From: Octopus vulgaris
Taxonomy: Eukaryota
Length of the DNA stretch: 64,000 nt
Direction: 5' to 3'
NCBI GenBank assembly: GCA_951406725.2
Contig: OX597818.1
Location: 102,052,001-102,116,000, forward strand
Shown here: positions 27,562 through 41,089 of the stretch, piece after piece
How positions within the stretch are numbered: position 1 is the first letter of the stretch
Layout of the letters: every line of letters begins with the position of its first letter
Notes under the pieces: generated by a model
The model's database searches: none
Seen by the model: only the letters and a program-made list of their open reading frames with translations
Told to the model about the DNA's origin: nothing
Position numbers and translations under genes: made by a program

Positions 27562-28630
27562 AAGAAACAGAAAATATGAGAAAAATATCCCCTTTAGGCT
27601 AATTAATGATTGTATCAGAAGACATTTTTATGAAGATTCTTAGAAACTACTAAATGTTATTTTTTGAAAAGGTTTTATAAATCGTATTGTTTTGGTTTCA
27701 AACAATATTTAGATGCCATTTAAAAGATTTCTTTTTATACAGATTCGGACATTTCTTGAAACATTTTAAACAACAATATTGTTTACCTTCCAATCAATCT
27801 ACTGTGATGTAAGTTGTTCCGACAAAATTTGCTATAAGCTGGCTAAAATTATTTTGTTACAATTCACAAATACATAAGTAGTCTCAAAACAAGCTTCTTT
27901 CAGGGTACTTCATATTTTAATGATTATATCTCCCTTTCAATTTCTATTCATATTTCCACAGAAGATAAGGGATTTTATCGTGTACGGTTTGCATAAAACA
28001 CGATGAAAGATATTTTCTTTTGGATTATAAACGTAGTAGTGCAGTGATGTTACACAACGCATTCATTTCTGTTTTATTAAAACGTAGATTCAATAAATCA
28101 ATTCTAGATGGAATGTTGATCGCCTGAGTGATTTTTAAAACTGATTTGCTGAATCATCATTGGCCTATGTGTTCAAAGTTTTTCACCAACAGCAACAGCG
28201 TAAACAATAAGAATATTAACAACAGCAACAAGAACAGCGACAAAACGAGTATAAACAAGACCAACATTCCTGCAACAGCATATTTGGTGTCGACGGGAGA
28301 ACAAACCGAACGAGATATGGTGTTCATAGATATAGCAAAATACATTTTAAACAAACTATATAATTTAAAACAGCATGATAATATTTGTTACAAGCTATAA
28401 TTTACAACTTTATCTGCTACCAGCCTCAAAGTTCCAAAAGAAAATTATGTTACGTGCTCTGGAAGCTTCCAAATTCTCTTAACCACAGCACAAACAATTC
28501 TCAATAGTAAGAATAAAGTTACAAAAATGGATACAGGCATTCCGGAGATTGCTTGTATCCCATGGCAAAACGCGTGTCATCTTTAGTAAATATGTAGATG
28601 CGAGTTCCACGGAGGTCTCAAAAAACTATA

Positions 28631-28693
<63 letters not shown>

Positions 28694-28899
28694 ATATTTC
28701 GGAATGGTCATATTGCCAGTTTAGCCAATTTGCACAACAAATATTTAAACGTATATATATATATATATATTCATATATAGAGAATAAGAAGTGTTTAGTT
28801 CACTATTGATCTAAACGAATATGTACGCTGCTTAAGTGTTATAATTGGTTATTCCATGTTCATAGCTGAGGCTGGAGCTAGGAATCCGTAGTAAGCTAG

Positions 28900-29420
28900 G
28901 GATTCCATGTCAGCGGGTATATATTAAAGAACAAGGAAACAAAGCTAAGGCAGGACGAGTATTTCAGGCCATTTAGAATATTTCATTAGAGTAAAGGGAG
29001 TCAAAAATGGAGATGTAGAATGAACTGACTTACAGCTGTTTCTGGGATATCCGAGGTGATGGGTCAACATTTACCCTACACTGAGTATTTCATCATGAGG
29101 AGCAAGTTGCGCATGCAGGACAGTTCCAGGTTGTATTGAAGAATAAAACTGTAGATAGGAGAATAAAGTTCACAGCTCATCTTGTTCAAGAGGGTATGAA
29201 GATTAGTTCGTATTTCATTGAAGACATAGCATCTTAAGCAATAATCTACGGTAAATCTAGGCAATATTTTGAATGATGCATTCAGATTGAAGGGATAGAT
29301 TAATTGGTTAGCGTGTAAGGAAAATGGTCTGCGTGGGTATATAATGTGAGAGAGACATACATCACGATAAAGAGATTGATCAGTGAAAAAAAGGAGAAAG
29401 GGAACCACCTATAATACTGA
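28900..29420 (-). mobile_element. Penelope-like element 3' remnant with degenerate hammerhead motif (29027-29100)
   Basis: reverse complement ATGATGA..long stem..tatcccaGAAACAGCTGTA; upstream FKILP..LR..LLN resembles the end of a PLE GIY-YIG domain. Confidence 0.45.
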
Positions 29421-29997
29421 ACGCAAGCGAAGGCGTATGATAAAAATTGAGGCATAAACCTACAGTTAGAAATAAACAATCAAACGACACATGATACGAA
29501 AATATACATATAAAATGCAAACCGAGTGAACAAACAATGTAAAAAATAGTGAGAGAAAGGAAGAGAGGGAAGGCGGATAGGCAGGTATGGAGAGCAAAAA
29601 TGAAGAGAGGAGAGACGGAAGCATAAAACTTAGGTAAGTCTTTCATACAAACACAATATATACCATAATCAACTTTATAATTCTTTCATAGCTGTTTGCG
29701 AGAAATATGAAATCTTTGAGATAAGAAAATCAAGTAATTTAAACAGAAGTTAATTTCAGTTTCAATATAACAACGATTCATATTCATGGTATAGTTATTG
29801 CTATGTTTACTATCTGTCGTATACATTCGAACTGGTTTCATTTATGTATGGATTCTGTATACACTTGTGTATGTGTGTTTGTATGTATGTATGCATATTC
29901 GTCTCTGCACACACACACACAAACACACACACACAAACACACACACACAAATATATATATATAGAGAGAGATACATACATATATATATATACATACG

Positions 29998-30073
<76 letters not shown>

Positions 30074-30985
30074 CATATACGTCTGCATATCTCTCTATCT
30101 CTCTATATGTCTATATGTATAAAGTAAAAGCTAATTGCCAACATAATATGCCACTTATGAATCCAAAGGTAGCATTAATCCTCAAATAAAGAAACTCTAT
30201 CTGCAAGTGCGGTTTTGAGCATTCATTTTATCGTTCGACATTTACAGACACACACACACAAAACTCTTTGGAAACCAAATATTGTCATGTGAATTTCCAA
30301 CCAAGATTGATGACGTCCGGGTAACTGGTATTCAACAAATACGTTGGAAATGTAATTTAAGACATCGGCTGCCTAAAAGAAAAGAAAAAAAAATATTCAA
30401 ACGGATAGGAAATGTTTGATGTCTAAAACTCGTTCGTCATGTTAACACCATATGACACTTGTGAAAAAAGTATGCGAAATGTAAAGTAGATTCGAAGGAT
30501 AAGTGCAGGCTTCAAGAAAGGTTGTGCACTTAAGAATTTTGCATCATTTTCTGAACATGCACAGTTGAAATGAACTGTAGAAAGACCAATCATCTGTCCT
30601 GATTACTAAATGTGATTACATCATGAGTAGTAAATTGTGTAGGCTAAAAGAAAACCACGGATGGAAACAAAGGCAGGGAAGTGTAAAGGGCGCCTCCTGA
30701 ACGTAGCGTGAATAAATGTTATCCGAAAGAAAACAACCACGTGAGATAACGTGAGCAGCAGGACAACGTGAGTGTAACGCATAATTGCTAAGACCGATAA
30801 CTCCGTACCCATTCTCTTAGAAAGAAATTAAATAAGCAAAATATGACTAACTCATTGATAACCAAGGTCAAATGAGGACATATACCTACCTACCTACCTA
30901 CCTACCTACCTACCTACATACATACATACATACATACATACCTACATACATACATACATACATACATACATACATACATACATAC

Positions 30986-31300
30986 GTGATGGCTGCCCCC
31001 TTGTTATCGAGTATGGCCATTGCACGAAGCTTAACTGTTATTGATGCTGTGATTGAATGTGACTTTTTAGCCCAGCTAAAGATCTACGTCTTGTACAGAA
31101 CTGACAGCTAAAATCATTACCGGTAATAACCGGTTGTAGTTGTAATTGTGCTTCATGTACCTTTGCATGTCGTTTAAGTCCTCCTGCCGAATTACACTCT
31201 CTTCCACATGCCTGACAGATATGATTAATATGGTGTGTAACATCACCACCAATGGTCAGGTTGTCACTCATCTGTCTCGCTTTATGACTACGAAGATGAC
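30986..31300 (-). mobile_element. 5'-truncated RTE-like LINE 3' end with C2H2-like zinc fingers, inserted in (TACA)n
   Basis: CQACGRECNSAGGLKRHAKVH and CQFC.RRSLAGLKSH, stop, ~50-nt 3' UTR running into (GTAT)n; the same repeat lies at the 5' junction. Confidence 0.7.
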
Positions 31301-31319
31301 ATACATACATACATACCTG

Positions 31320-32615
31320 CAGGGTGGGGCAGAGAGGGCGGACGTTTTAGAAATGGCTGTTAATGAACCGCAGTCGGAGGAACATATGTGTGACTGGTAC
31401 CATTCTTTCCGCGGTACCTTAGTATTTTTTTATTCAAAGGGGCAGCCATGGCGCTGTGGACGATAGAGCATCACTTGTTTGCCTATGGCACTACGTAAAT
31501 AATAGCGTGTCTGTCACATCATTTCAGCGTGAGTTTCGGTGCCATTTCAACATTCACCGAAATGAGGCTGTTCACACCCGTAGCACAATCTTACATCGGG
31601 TTCCTTAGTCTACACGAGGTACACTAACAAGCAGGAGACCGATGGGGCACCACGAATGGTACGGACCACAGAATATGTGGAACGCGTCAGTCACTCTGCT
31701 CGGAGGCATTTCACTGAACTTGGCAACGGTAATCGACATCTAAGGTGTATTGTGCATGAAGAACTGCATTTCCACCCGTACATATTGGTCATTGGACAGC
31801 AGTTGACACCATGGGACTATACGAATTGCAAGTGAGATAGAAGCAATTTTTGAGGCAAATGACAACCTCGATTTCTTAACGAGTGATGAAGCTCATTTTC
31901 TTCTTAATTGTATGGTGAATGAACAGAAATGTTGCTATTAGGCTTTTGAAAATCCGAAACAAGTGCACAAAAGACCACTGCAGAGCCCAAATGAAGCGGT
32001 CTGGTGTGCTGCTTGAAAAGCTGCCGGCATTTTTCCTTACTTTGTTGAAGACACTAATGGAAATGCTGTTCATGTGAACAGCGAGCGTTACATCGAGTTG
32101 ATGCGCAACTTCTTTCTACCTGAATTACGATGGAACGTATGCCTATTTGACGTGCGTGGTTTCAGCAGGGTGGGGGATATGCTCCACACAGCCAGATCAC
32201 CAATGGACGTTCTTCGCCCTCCCTTCGGAGACCGCCTCATTCCTAGGTTTGCTGACATTTCTTTTCCTCTTCGGTCTCTTAATTTGTTCCTGTGTTCTTA
32301 TTCCTTGTGGGGAAACTCCAATGCACGTACGTATGCGCATAAAACCCGTACATTGGACGATTTCAAGGATGCCATTAGCGTAGAAGTCGACCAAATCGAC
32401 GGAGCAAGGCTGGAGAGATTGGAAGCAAACTTCCAAGCACGCCTTCAGAAATTAATCTATGAAGACGGACACCACATGAAGGATATAGTTTTCCAAACAT
32501 GATTTTGACAAATGCTAATTCAACACGAACACATCGATGTCAAGGAATTTTTTGCCGCTTAAATTAATGATTTTGTAAATTTTTCAACAATGCCTATCCT
32601 CTCTGCCGCATTACG
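31320..32615 (+). mobile_element. Degenerate Tc1/mariner-superfamily transposon (DD41D/rosa-like, DUF4817-type N-terminus)
   Basis: imperfect TIRs ggcagagagg / cctctctgcc; motifs QREFRCHFNIHR, SDEAHF..VN, VNSERYIELM, FPLRSLNL..YSLWG. Confidence 0.85.
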
Positions 32616-32619
32616 TACC

Positions 32620-33305
32620 TACCTACATACCTACCTTCCTACCTACCTACTTACCTACCAACCTACCTATCTATCTAACTAGCTACCTACCTACCTACCT
32701 GCCTACCTGCATACCTATCTATCTACTTACATAATACAACATTCAGAAATATATACTTTCTTCTGTGCATACCTACATAACTACCGAGCTACCTACATAC
32801 CTACATACCTACCTACTTATCTACCAACCTACCTACCTATCTATCTAAATACCTATCTATCTAACTACCAAACTGCCTACCCGCATACTTATCTATCTAC
32901 TTACATAATACAAACATTCATAAATATATACTTTCTTATGTGCATACCTACATAGCTACCTAGCTCCCTACATACCTACATATCTACCAACCTACTTACT
33001 TATCTATCTAAATACCTATCTATCTAACTACCAAACTGCCTACCTGCCTACCTATGTATCTATTTTCATAATACAAACATTCATAAATATATACTTTCTT
33101 ATGCACATACCTACATAGCTACCTAGCTGCTTACATACCTACCTACTTATCTACCAACCTACTTACCTATCTATCTAAATACCTATCTATCTAACTACCA
33201 AACTGCCTAACTGCCTACATATCTGTCTACTTTCATAATACAAACATTCATAAATATATACTTTCTTATTTACATACCTACATAGCTACATACCTGCCTA
33301 CATAC
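32620..33305. repeat. ~165-175-bp tandem repeat x4 built on TACC/TATC microsatellite
   Basis: anchor ataatacaaacattcataaatatatactttctt at ~32731, 32905, 33068 and 33235. Confidence 0.85.
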
Positions 33306-33646
33306 ATTCGACGCATACACCTATATATTTAGAAACTTATACTCATCAGTTGTGTAATCAGTGTAGATTTCTGGAATATTTGTACAATGCCCAATAGTTT
33401 GCTCTCCTGGTAGTGTAAGAAAGAATAAGACTTCAATTCAAATGTATTTACTTACTAAATTTGCTAGAAGCGAAATTGTACATAATTTTGTAAATTAATT
33501 TGCTTTAGCGGCGTCCAAAGAATGTCGATGTTTTATTCATGTCATTGAAATTCATGAATAAATTTAGTTCTCCGTAAGATTGTTATAATATGTTAAACAC
33601 ACTTCGATTGGGATATTATACATACACACACGCATACATACATACA

Positions 33647-33678
<32 letters not shown>

Positions 33679-33687
33679 AACGCACAG

Positions 33688-33736
<49 letters not shown>

Positions 33737-33758
33737 AATGGATGAATAAATATATATA

Positions 33759-33809
<51 letters not shown>

Positions 33810-34705
33810 CAGTATTTGATTGTCTGTTTTATATAAACTGCTGCATTTATATTGTACTAATGAGTAAAGTTTATGCACATAGCATATGTGACTGTAGTTT
33901 TGGGAAGGTAAATATAATAATGTAGATATAGATTTATACACTACTTTCATTCTCTGTAGATGGACGTAATATATTACATGTGCGAAGCGCTAGGTAGGAG
34001 ACATCATATTCGCTAAAGCATAGCCATGAAGAGAAGAGTCATAATCGTAAGGAGACGTTGGTTATTATTTGTTGATTTAATAACACTGTGAGCAGGCACA
34101 AGCATGTTCACGTCGGCTATAACGTGTGGCATTATTTAGCCAGTCTTCGCATTCTCAGATCAAATTCCACCGAGGTCAACTGTATATATAGTCCCTCCGG
34201 TGTTGATAAAATATGTACTGGGGTCAATGTAATCGATTTACACACTCCCCTGAAATTGCTGTCCTTATACAAAACCTCAAAATCGATATTTCGTGGCCAA
34301 CAGCATTTTGCAAATTAGAAGAATGGCGAATTTTTCATGCGTATAACTTTGTATGAATGCAGTAAATGCAGGTTCCCAAAAAGTAGGGCAATAATCATTG
34401 GATTAAATTATGATTAGCATATTCCGGACGATAGTACCAATGTAGAGTTCATCCTTTTTATACTCTACAAACTCTTTCTTGTCTTTCTTCAGTATAACTC
34501 ATGACGGAGTTTTGGTATAGCAAATATACTTATAATCACGTAAGGGTCACCTTAAAATCTTTGGGACAAGAACGCAAAACCTCCAGACAGTTAGGCAATA
34601 CAAAAAAGGGGCAACAAAACATCCAGATAGACGATACAAATAAGAAAGGACGGGTCATTCGGAGTTTTCTTTCTTCAATCGACTTCCAGATATATATATT
34701 CCAGA

Positions 34706-34760
<55 letters not shown>

Positions 34761-34764
<4 letters not shown>

Positions 34765-34977
34765 GCAGCGTGGAAGGTGTTTGTATGCCATTTAAGAAAC
34801 ACACAAAAGCCGTTCGATTCACTTCAAAATTTAAGTTTAATTTGTCAAAATATTTTCGTCGCTTTAAGACCGCGACCTGTTCACTGACAAAACCCGTGCT
34901 GCATCTGATGTTGAAGTGAATCGAACGGCTTTTGTATGTTTCTTAATTGTCTTACAAACACCTTCCACGCTGCAATT
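34761..34977. mobile_element. Inverted-repeat cassette (arms ~34761-34827 / 34911-34977) next to (TA)n, Penelope-like
   Basis: aattgcagcgtggaaggtgtttgta..aaaagccgttcgattcacttcaa vs ttgaagtgaatcgaacggctttt..tacaaacaccttccacgctgcaatt. Confidence 0.8.
34841..34891 (-). ncRNA. Hammerhead ribozyme fold with G3:C8 swapped core
   Basis: reverse complement TTTGTCA-GTGAACA-G-GTCGC GGTCTTAAA GCGAC-GAA-AATATT-T-TGACAAA; 7-bp stem I, 5-bp stem II, palindromic stem III. Confidence 0.6.
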
Positions 34978-35773
34978 GTTTTCGTTTCAGCACACGATCT
35001 CAGATCAAATCACTTGCTATGCAAGCACATCTCCGTAATATATATATATACATATATATATATTTTAAAAAATACATAAATATCGCCTACACGACAAATA
35101 CAACTTCTGATTAAAGGTGAATAAATATAATTATAAATTTTCTAATTAAGGCGTTAATACGTAACATCAGTTGAGATATTAAAAATATAATGACGTCAAT
35201 ATTAGTTATGAATTAACCAGTTACACATGTCAGATATATCATAGATGAAGAATATTAGGACGTGAATTTTTAGAATCGTCCATTGAGTAATAAAGAATAT
35301 TGTTGTTATGAAAGAAGTGCAAATGACACAGGAAAACTAAAAAACATAAATTGATAGACTTATATTTAAGCAAATATATGAAGAATTAATGGCGCGTTTC
35401 AATGCGTGTTTAACAGGAAAATTCTGTTTCGTGAATATGAGGGTATGTGTAAATTTGTATAAGGATAAACGTATATAAGGGTAAATGTATATGTAAATCT
35501 GTATAAGGGCAGACAAAATCACATACACACACATACACATGCACAGACAGACACACACCTAACGCGTACACAATATATACGCATGTACGTATCTATGCAT
35601 GTAGGAGCATACGTGTTTGCGTGTTTGCGCAAGCGAGTCTTTATCGTTAATCTTCCATTATGTCTGCCTCTCTATCCATCTATCTATCTATATTTACACA
35701 CGCAGATTTACATACAAACATGCATACATACGTAAATAGAAGCGCGCACACACATATGCATACGTACATATAT

Positions 35774-35847
<74 letters not shown>

Positions 35848-35930
35848 ATGTATATATATCTATAAATATATGTATATATACACGTAAGTATGTATATATG
35901 TATATAAGTATATATTTATATATATATGTA

Positions 35931-35968
<38 letters not shown>

Positions 35969-36356
35969 TATGGATGTATATGTATATAATTATGTATATA
36001 TATATTCTGGTAAAAATGGTAAGATAAGAAAAGAAAGAAAGAGACCTCAATATTATGTAAATAGAGGAAATTTATCTATAAAATAATATGTTACAATTAC
36101 TCAATGGTCAATATGAAACTATGAGTTTCCGATGCCGAAGTGGAAATCCACAACACCATCTCTTCGGTTATCTGGTTATATAGACGTGTATATAGATTCA
36201 TTTGTACACGTGTGTGAATATGTATGAATGGGCAGTTTTAGATCTGTGCGTGTGTGCGAGCATAAGAATGCATATATATATATAGACGTTTTTACTTAGT
36301 CTTTTTACCATTTTTTAAGGTTTTTTTTTTTGTGGGGGGGACATATGTATATTCAT

Positions 36357-36930
36357 TTTTTGTGCATGCGTGTGTGTGTATGCGTATATAAACACGTGCG
36401 GGTATGTACATATATGGGCGTGTGTGTGTATAAGTGCATAAGGGCATGTCCGTATATGAACGTAGTTTTTACGCTTTGTATACAACCTTATGTTTTTTCT
36501 GTTAACTTTAACCATGTTTTTTCTTGTGCTTGTGCGTATATAGACATATGTAAGAACTTTTAAGGTACGCGTGTATGTGTATGAGTTTGTATATATATGG
36601 GTATACATTTGGCGAAAAATGCGAGTGAAGATGTGTACGTTTTTGTGCATGCGTGTGTGTGTATGCGTATATAAACACGTGCGGGTATGTACATATATGG
36701 GCGTGTGTGTGTATAAGTGCATAAGGGCATGTCCGTATATGAACGTAGTTTTTACGCTTTGTATACATCATTATGTTTTTTCTGTTAACTTTAACCATGT
36801 TTTTTCTTGTGCTTGTGCGTATATAGATAGACGTATGTACGAACTTTTAAGGTACGCGTGTATGTGTATGAGTTTGTATATATATGCGTATACATTTGGC
36901 GAAAAATGCGAGTGAAGATGTGTACGTTTT
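36357..36930. repeat. Near-perfect tandem duplication, period ~283 bp
   Basis: tgtgcatgcgtgtgtgtgtatgcgtatataaacacgtgcggg starts at 36361 and at 36644. Confidence 0.9.
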
Positions 36931-37084
36931 TATAGAGACGAATAAGTATGCACGTAGGTCCGCGAGCGCACATGTGAGCGTATGAGTAGCCATGTTTACT
37001 ATGAACTTTTAATCTTAATTTATATAAGTAGCAGTAATTTCCCTTTATATAACGGTATTTTTTCATAGTGTTTTTCAGATGGCC

Positions 37085-37145
37085 AGATAACCGAAGAGAT
37101 GGCGTTGTGGATCCACTTCGGCATCTGAAACTCAGAGTTTTATCT
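37085..37145 (+). ncRNA. Type I hammerhead ribozyme fold, CCGAAGA core, long stem II
   Basis: AGATAA-CCGAAGA-GATG..gtgg at ccac..CATC-t-GAAAC TCAGA GTT-TTATCT. Confidence 0.6.
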
Positions 37146-37175
37146 TGACTATTGAGTAATTGTAACATATAATTT

Positions 37176-37227
<52 letters not shown>

Positions 37228-37250
37228 ATATATGTATATGAATATATATA

Positions 37251-37303
<53 letters not shown>

Positions 37304-38050
37304 GTCAGTTACGTGTTATTTAAACATCTCATGAATAGAACTCTATTAAAATATCCGTGTTTTATATATAAATTAGAGATTATTGTATCAAAAATTAGTT
37401 TAACGTCAAAATTTATTTCAAAAAATACGAAATAACTTTAGCAAACAGTATTTCTCAAATAAACATTCACCTTAATTGAAATTATTATGCCGTTATAAAT
37501 CTTTATATTTCAGGTTCATACATGCTACGTTTATTTAATTAATTTCTCACATTAATTTTCACCAGAGGATTCGTGATATGAAATGTAATTATAGGGCAAA
37601 AAATAATGTTATTTTACTCTTTTACATGACGCCATTTTCTCTATTCATTTCTTTTTATTTCTGTAATTACAATTCATATCCCTTCCATTTATTATCTCTT
37701 TTTTGCCTGTTTCATATTGAATTTTATGAAAGAAAGAAATAACAATAATGAAACCAAAATAGAAAAAAAAAATATATATATATATATACAAAAGATAGCA
37801 TATTTCCTACAGTTCAATTGTAGTATGCAAATTTATGTTAAACGTAATATAATACAAGAAAAATAACAATTATTGAATATGGAATTAGAAATGATTGCAA
37901 TTGTTTGTAAAGTGAATAGGCGAAATATGAAATAGTGTATTAGTTACTAGCGTTGCTGTTATAGTTCTAATTTTAAAGTATTATATTTCTGTAATCTGGT
38001 AATAACGTTTTCAATTGAAATTATTAACATGTTTTCGATGAACAAAATAA

Positions 38051-38143
<93 letters not shown>
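38051..38143. repeat. (AAT)n microsatellite
   Basis: direct reading. Confidence 0.95.
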
Positions 38144-38144
<1 letters not shown>

Positions 38145-39329
38145 TTACCAGTTAAGATATACAAGATATAGACACCCAAATATTTAATAAATTCTTATGT
38201 AAAAAGTATAAAACATTTTGTTTTTTTTATTATACATTGGATAGTTACAATAGGTTATTCACAAATAATTGAAAGTTAATGAAATAATATACTTGTATTA
38301 GAGAAGTATAATGAGATTTGTGCACACACACACACATGTACGCTCACACATTAAAATGTATCAAACAAGGACCAATGTTCGTTCCCCAGCTATGGATCCG
38401 TAAGGCTACTTTCCTGGATTCTATGACTAATCTTCTCTCAGTACCCACTACCCACGCGACGAAGTGATGGACGGGTGTATAATTATTCACTTTTGCAAGC
38501 TGAGGAGAATAAAAAAAACGTGAAATTAGTGTACTGCTTAAGAAAAAAGCATGACCTCTGGTCGAGGATTATAGCCCACAGTCAAACGACCATGAGTGCT
38601 GCACTTTCAGCCTCTTTCCTCCACACACATGCACACACACACATACACACGCTCACACATGCATGCATATACCCACACAAACACATACATACTTGTGTAC
38701 TCACATACACACACGAATGCACATACGCACACAAACGTAAGCATACATTCCTTGTGTGTGGGTACGTACGTGTTTGTGGAGACGCGTGGCCTAGCTGTTA
38801 TTATATTGCACTCACGAATTTTCTATCATGAATTGAGTATGCTAGTACCATGCGAATTTTATTATAACGCATTGTGACAAGCGATGTGAATTTTATGGAT
38901 GTGTGTGTATGTGTGCATGTATGAGTGCGCGTGAGTGTGTGTTTGTGTGTCTGTGTTTGTCAGTATTAATATGATACCTGGTGTGCCATGCGTGTTTCGA
39001 AGTGAACAGTGAATGGCGAATTGTTAAGAATGGATTATTATCTTAACACTTTCATGGAACGAGAAATGCTTTAATGATTTGCGCGCTAATACTTCATCAA
39101 AGCAAGAAAGAGAGAAACAACGGTCTGTGAAATTGCCAGTGAAAACGGTGGGGATGAGATTCAAATGTAATTAACTCATATGTGCATGAAATCTGTCCTA
39201 AAGTGAGTTAGTTGCCGCTATGTAAAGTCAAGTGTGATGCATGAATATTTATCTATTATTTTATGTAATGCAGAAACCCTAGTGTTTTACTGCAAGTACA
39301 TTACGATTCTTGAATCCTGTCTGTAGGTG

Positions 39330-40120
39330 ACTCCAATCTACCCCTGGCGTCTCATGGGAAGACTGGGTTCCACATTATAACATCTTGAAACGCTACAATG
39401 CCTTCAGCATTGAATCCCTTAATATCAAGCACGGGCTCAGCTGAGCTATTCATCTCACCAGGATGCCTCCATCCGTCTCCCCCGTATTGTCTTCTAAGGG
39501 GAACTGGCAGCTGCGAACGGTCCGTTAGAGGACAGAGGAATCGATATAAGAATGACTTTGCTTTCACTCTGGGGGAATGAAATATTCCTTTAACAAATCT
39601 CGAAATACTTGCACCAGATCCAAATGGATGACGTACCATCGGCAATCAAATTTGTGAAACCGTCGAGAAAAGGCATCGTCAATAGCTTGATGAGTGCCAA
39701 GTGAGGTGCGCTGTTGCTACGGCTACATTTTTTCTGGCCCCCAGCTAATTAATACTTTGTTCGAACTGTAGAAAGCTGTTGTTTCCTCCTCACTCACATC
39801 AACCTGTTCGCCAATTGCGTTTAACACCATCTCGGGTGAGTTGAGAGCTGTCCAAGCCAGCAACATAAATGCCAAGTTCGAAGTAGTGAAGGCAATGTGT
39901 GGGTGTGTGATATTAGGAGATAGTCTTCGTGATAAAACCGAAGGAATTGTACGAGAAATGTTGAAGGTTTCATTGTTGAGTGTGCAAGTAACTGTCAGAT
40001 TGCGTAGTGGTGGGCAAACGCTTTCAACAATGACATTTTACATGTAATGCTTTATCCCAAACGTCGCCTCACGCAAGAGTTTGGAGCACGATTCGACTGA
40101 GATTTCATGTCATCCTCAAA
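39330..40120 (-). mobile_element. Possible degenerate LINE ORF1 (gag-like, I/Jockey group)
   Basis: higher-GC island; minus strand FGFITKTIS*YHTPTHCLHYFELG resembles IGF..V.PY.P.P.RC..C..FGH. Confidence 0.3.
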
Positions 40121-40159
40121 TGGCAGCAGAAAGACATTTTTTTAAAATATATTTTTCAC

Positions 40160-40876
40160 TTCCAATTAATACAATACAATCAAACAGATAATTCTCCTAC
40201 TATTCTTGTATTATTTTTTCCTTGCGCTCTCAATTTATCAGTTCGTCCGCAAGGAACACATAAATTACCATTAACTTTAATCAGCTGCATTTACAGAATT
40301 GTAGAAATATGAGGATGTATACAATTTAAAACCCCAAAAGATTGACTAGTTTGCGTTTCTTAAGTCTGCAACAAGGGGCACATATATCTACAAGATAATA
40401 ATGTTATAGAGTTTGCACCTTCCTGATATAGATAACTACTTGTAGATTACCTGCCGAATCCTATTTGTTTTACCTTGAGTTTCGAAGGTATATGGAGAGA
40501 ACTTGGAAAGCAGTTTTATTTCTTATTGTGATCGCAGTGTAAACATTGCATGCAGAAATATTTATCTGTTTCAACCATCCACGTAAATATAATTGTGAAC
40601 CTGTGATTATAAGATCTAAGTCTCCTACCGGAGCACTAGAAACGTATATGTACATATGTATGTGTATCTTAAAAACTTTTTTTCAATTCCATTTAATACC
40701 ATATAATTAAACTGATAATTCTCCTACTATTCTTGCATTATTTTTACATTGCGCTCCCAATTTATCGGTTCATTCACAATTTTCCTCACCAAACACATAA
40801 ATTACCATTAACTTTAATCAGTTGTATTCACAGAATTGTTGAAATATGAAGATTTATACGATTTTAAACCCCAACG
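40160..40876. repeat. Diverged ~180-190-bp direct repeats (40160-40337, 40687-40876) around a ~350-bp spacer
   Basis: gataattctcctactattcttg and aacacataaattaccattaactttaatcag are present in both copies. Confidence 0.85.
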
Positions 40877-41089
40877 ATGTTTTTCTTCGAACTTCTAGCA
40901 AATTCATTGCTTCAACCACAATATAACAATTGTTCTTGGCTTTAACTCATCTATTCTAAATCAAGGAAGAGGCACACCCGCATCTCATGCTTCATGTTTA
41001 CTGTCTAAGAAATTATCGGAGATCCATTTTTACCGCTAGGATTTCCGCCACAACATATATTGCTAGTCTATCTGCTTACTCCCTCACTA

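Larger units (their letters stand above)
36078..37180. mobile_element. ~100-bp inverted repeats (36078-36175 / 37083-37180), each with a hammerhead fold, enclosing a 283-bp tandem duplication
   Basis: atatgttacaattactcaat..tctcttcggttatctgg vs ccagataaccgaagaga..attgagtaattgtaacatat. Confidence 0.8.

Noticed and set aside
31038-31310. Cellular C2H2 zinc-finger gene
   Set aside because: No TGEKP linkers or splice sites; bounded by microsatellite like a truncated LINE 3' end
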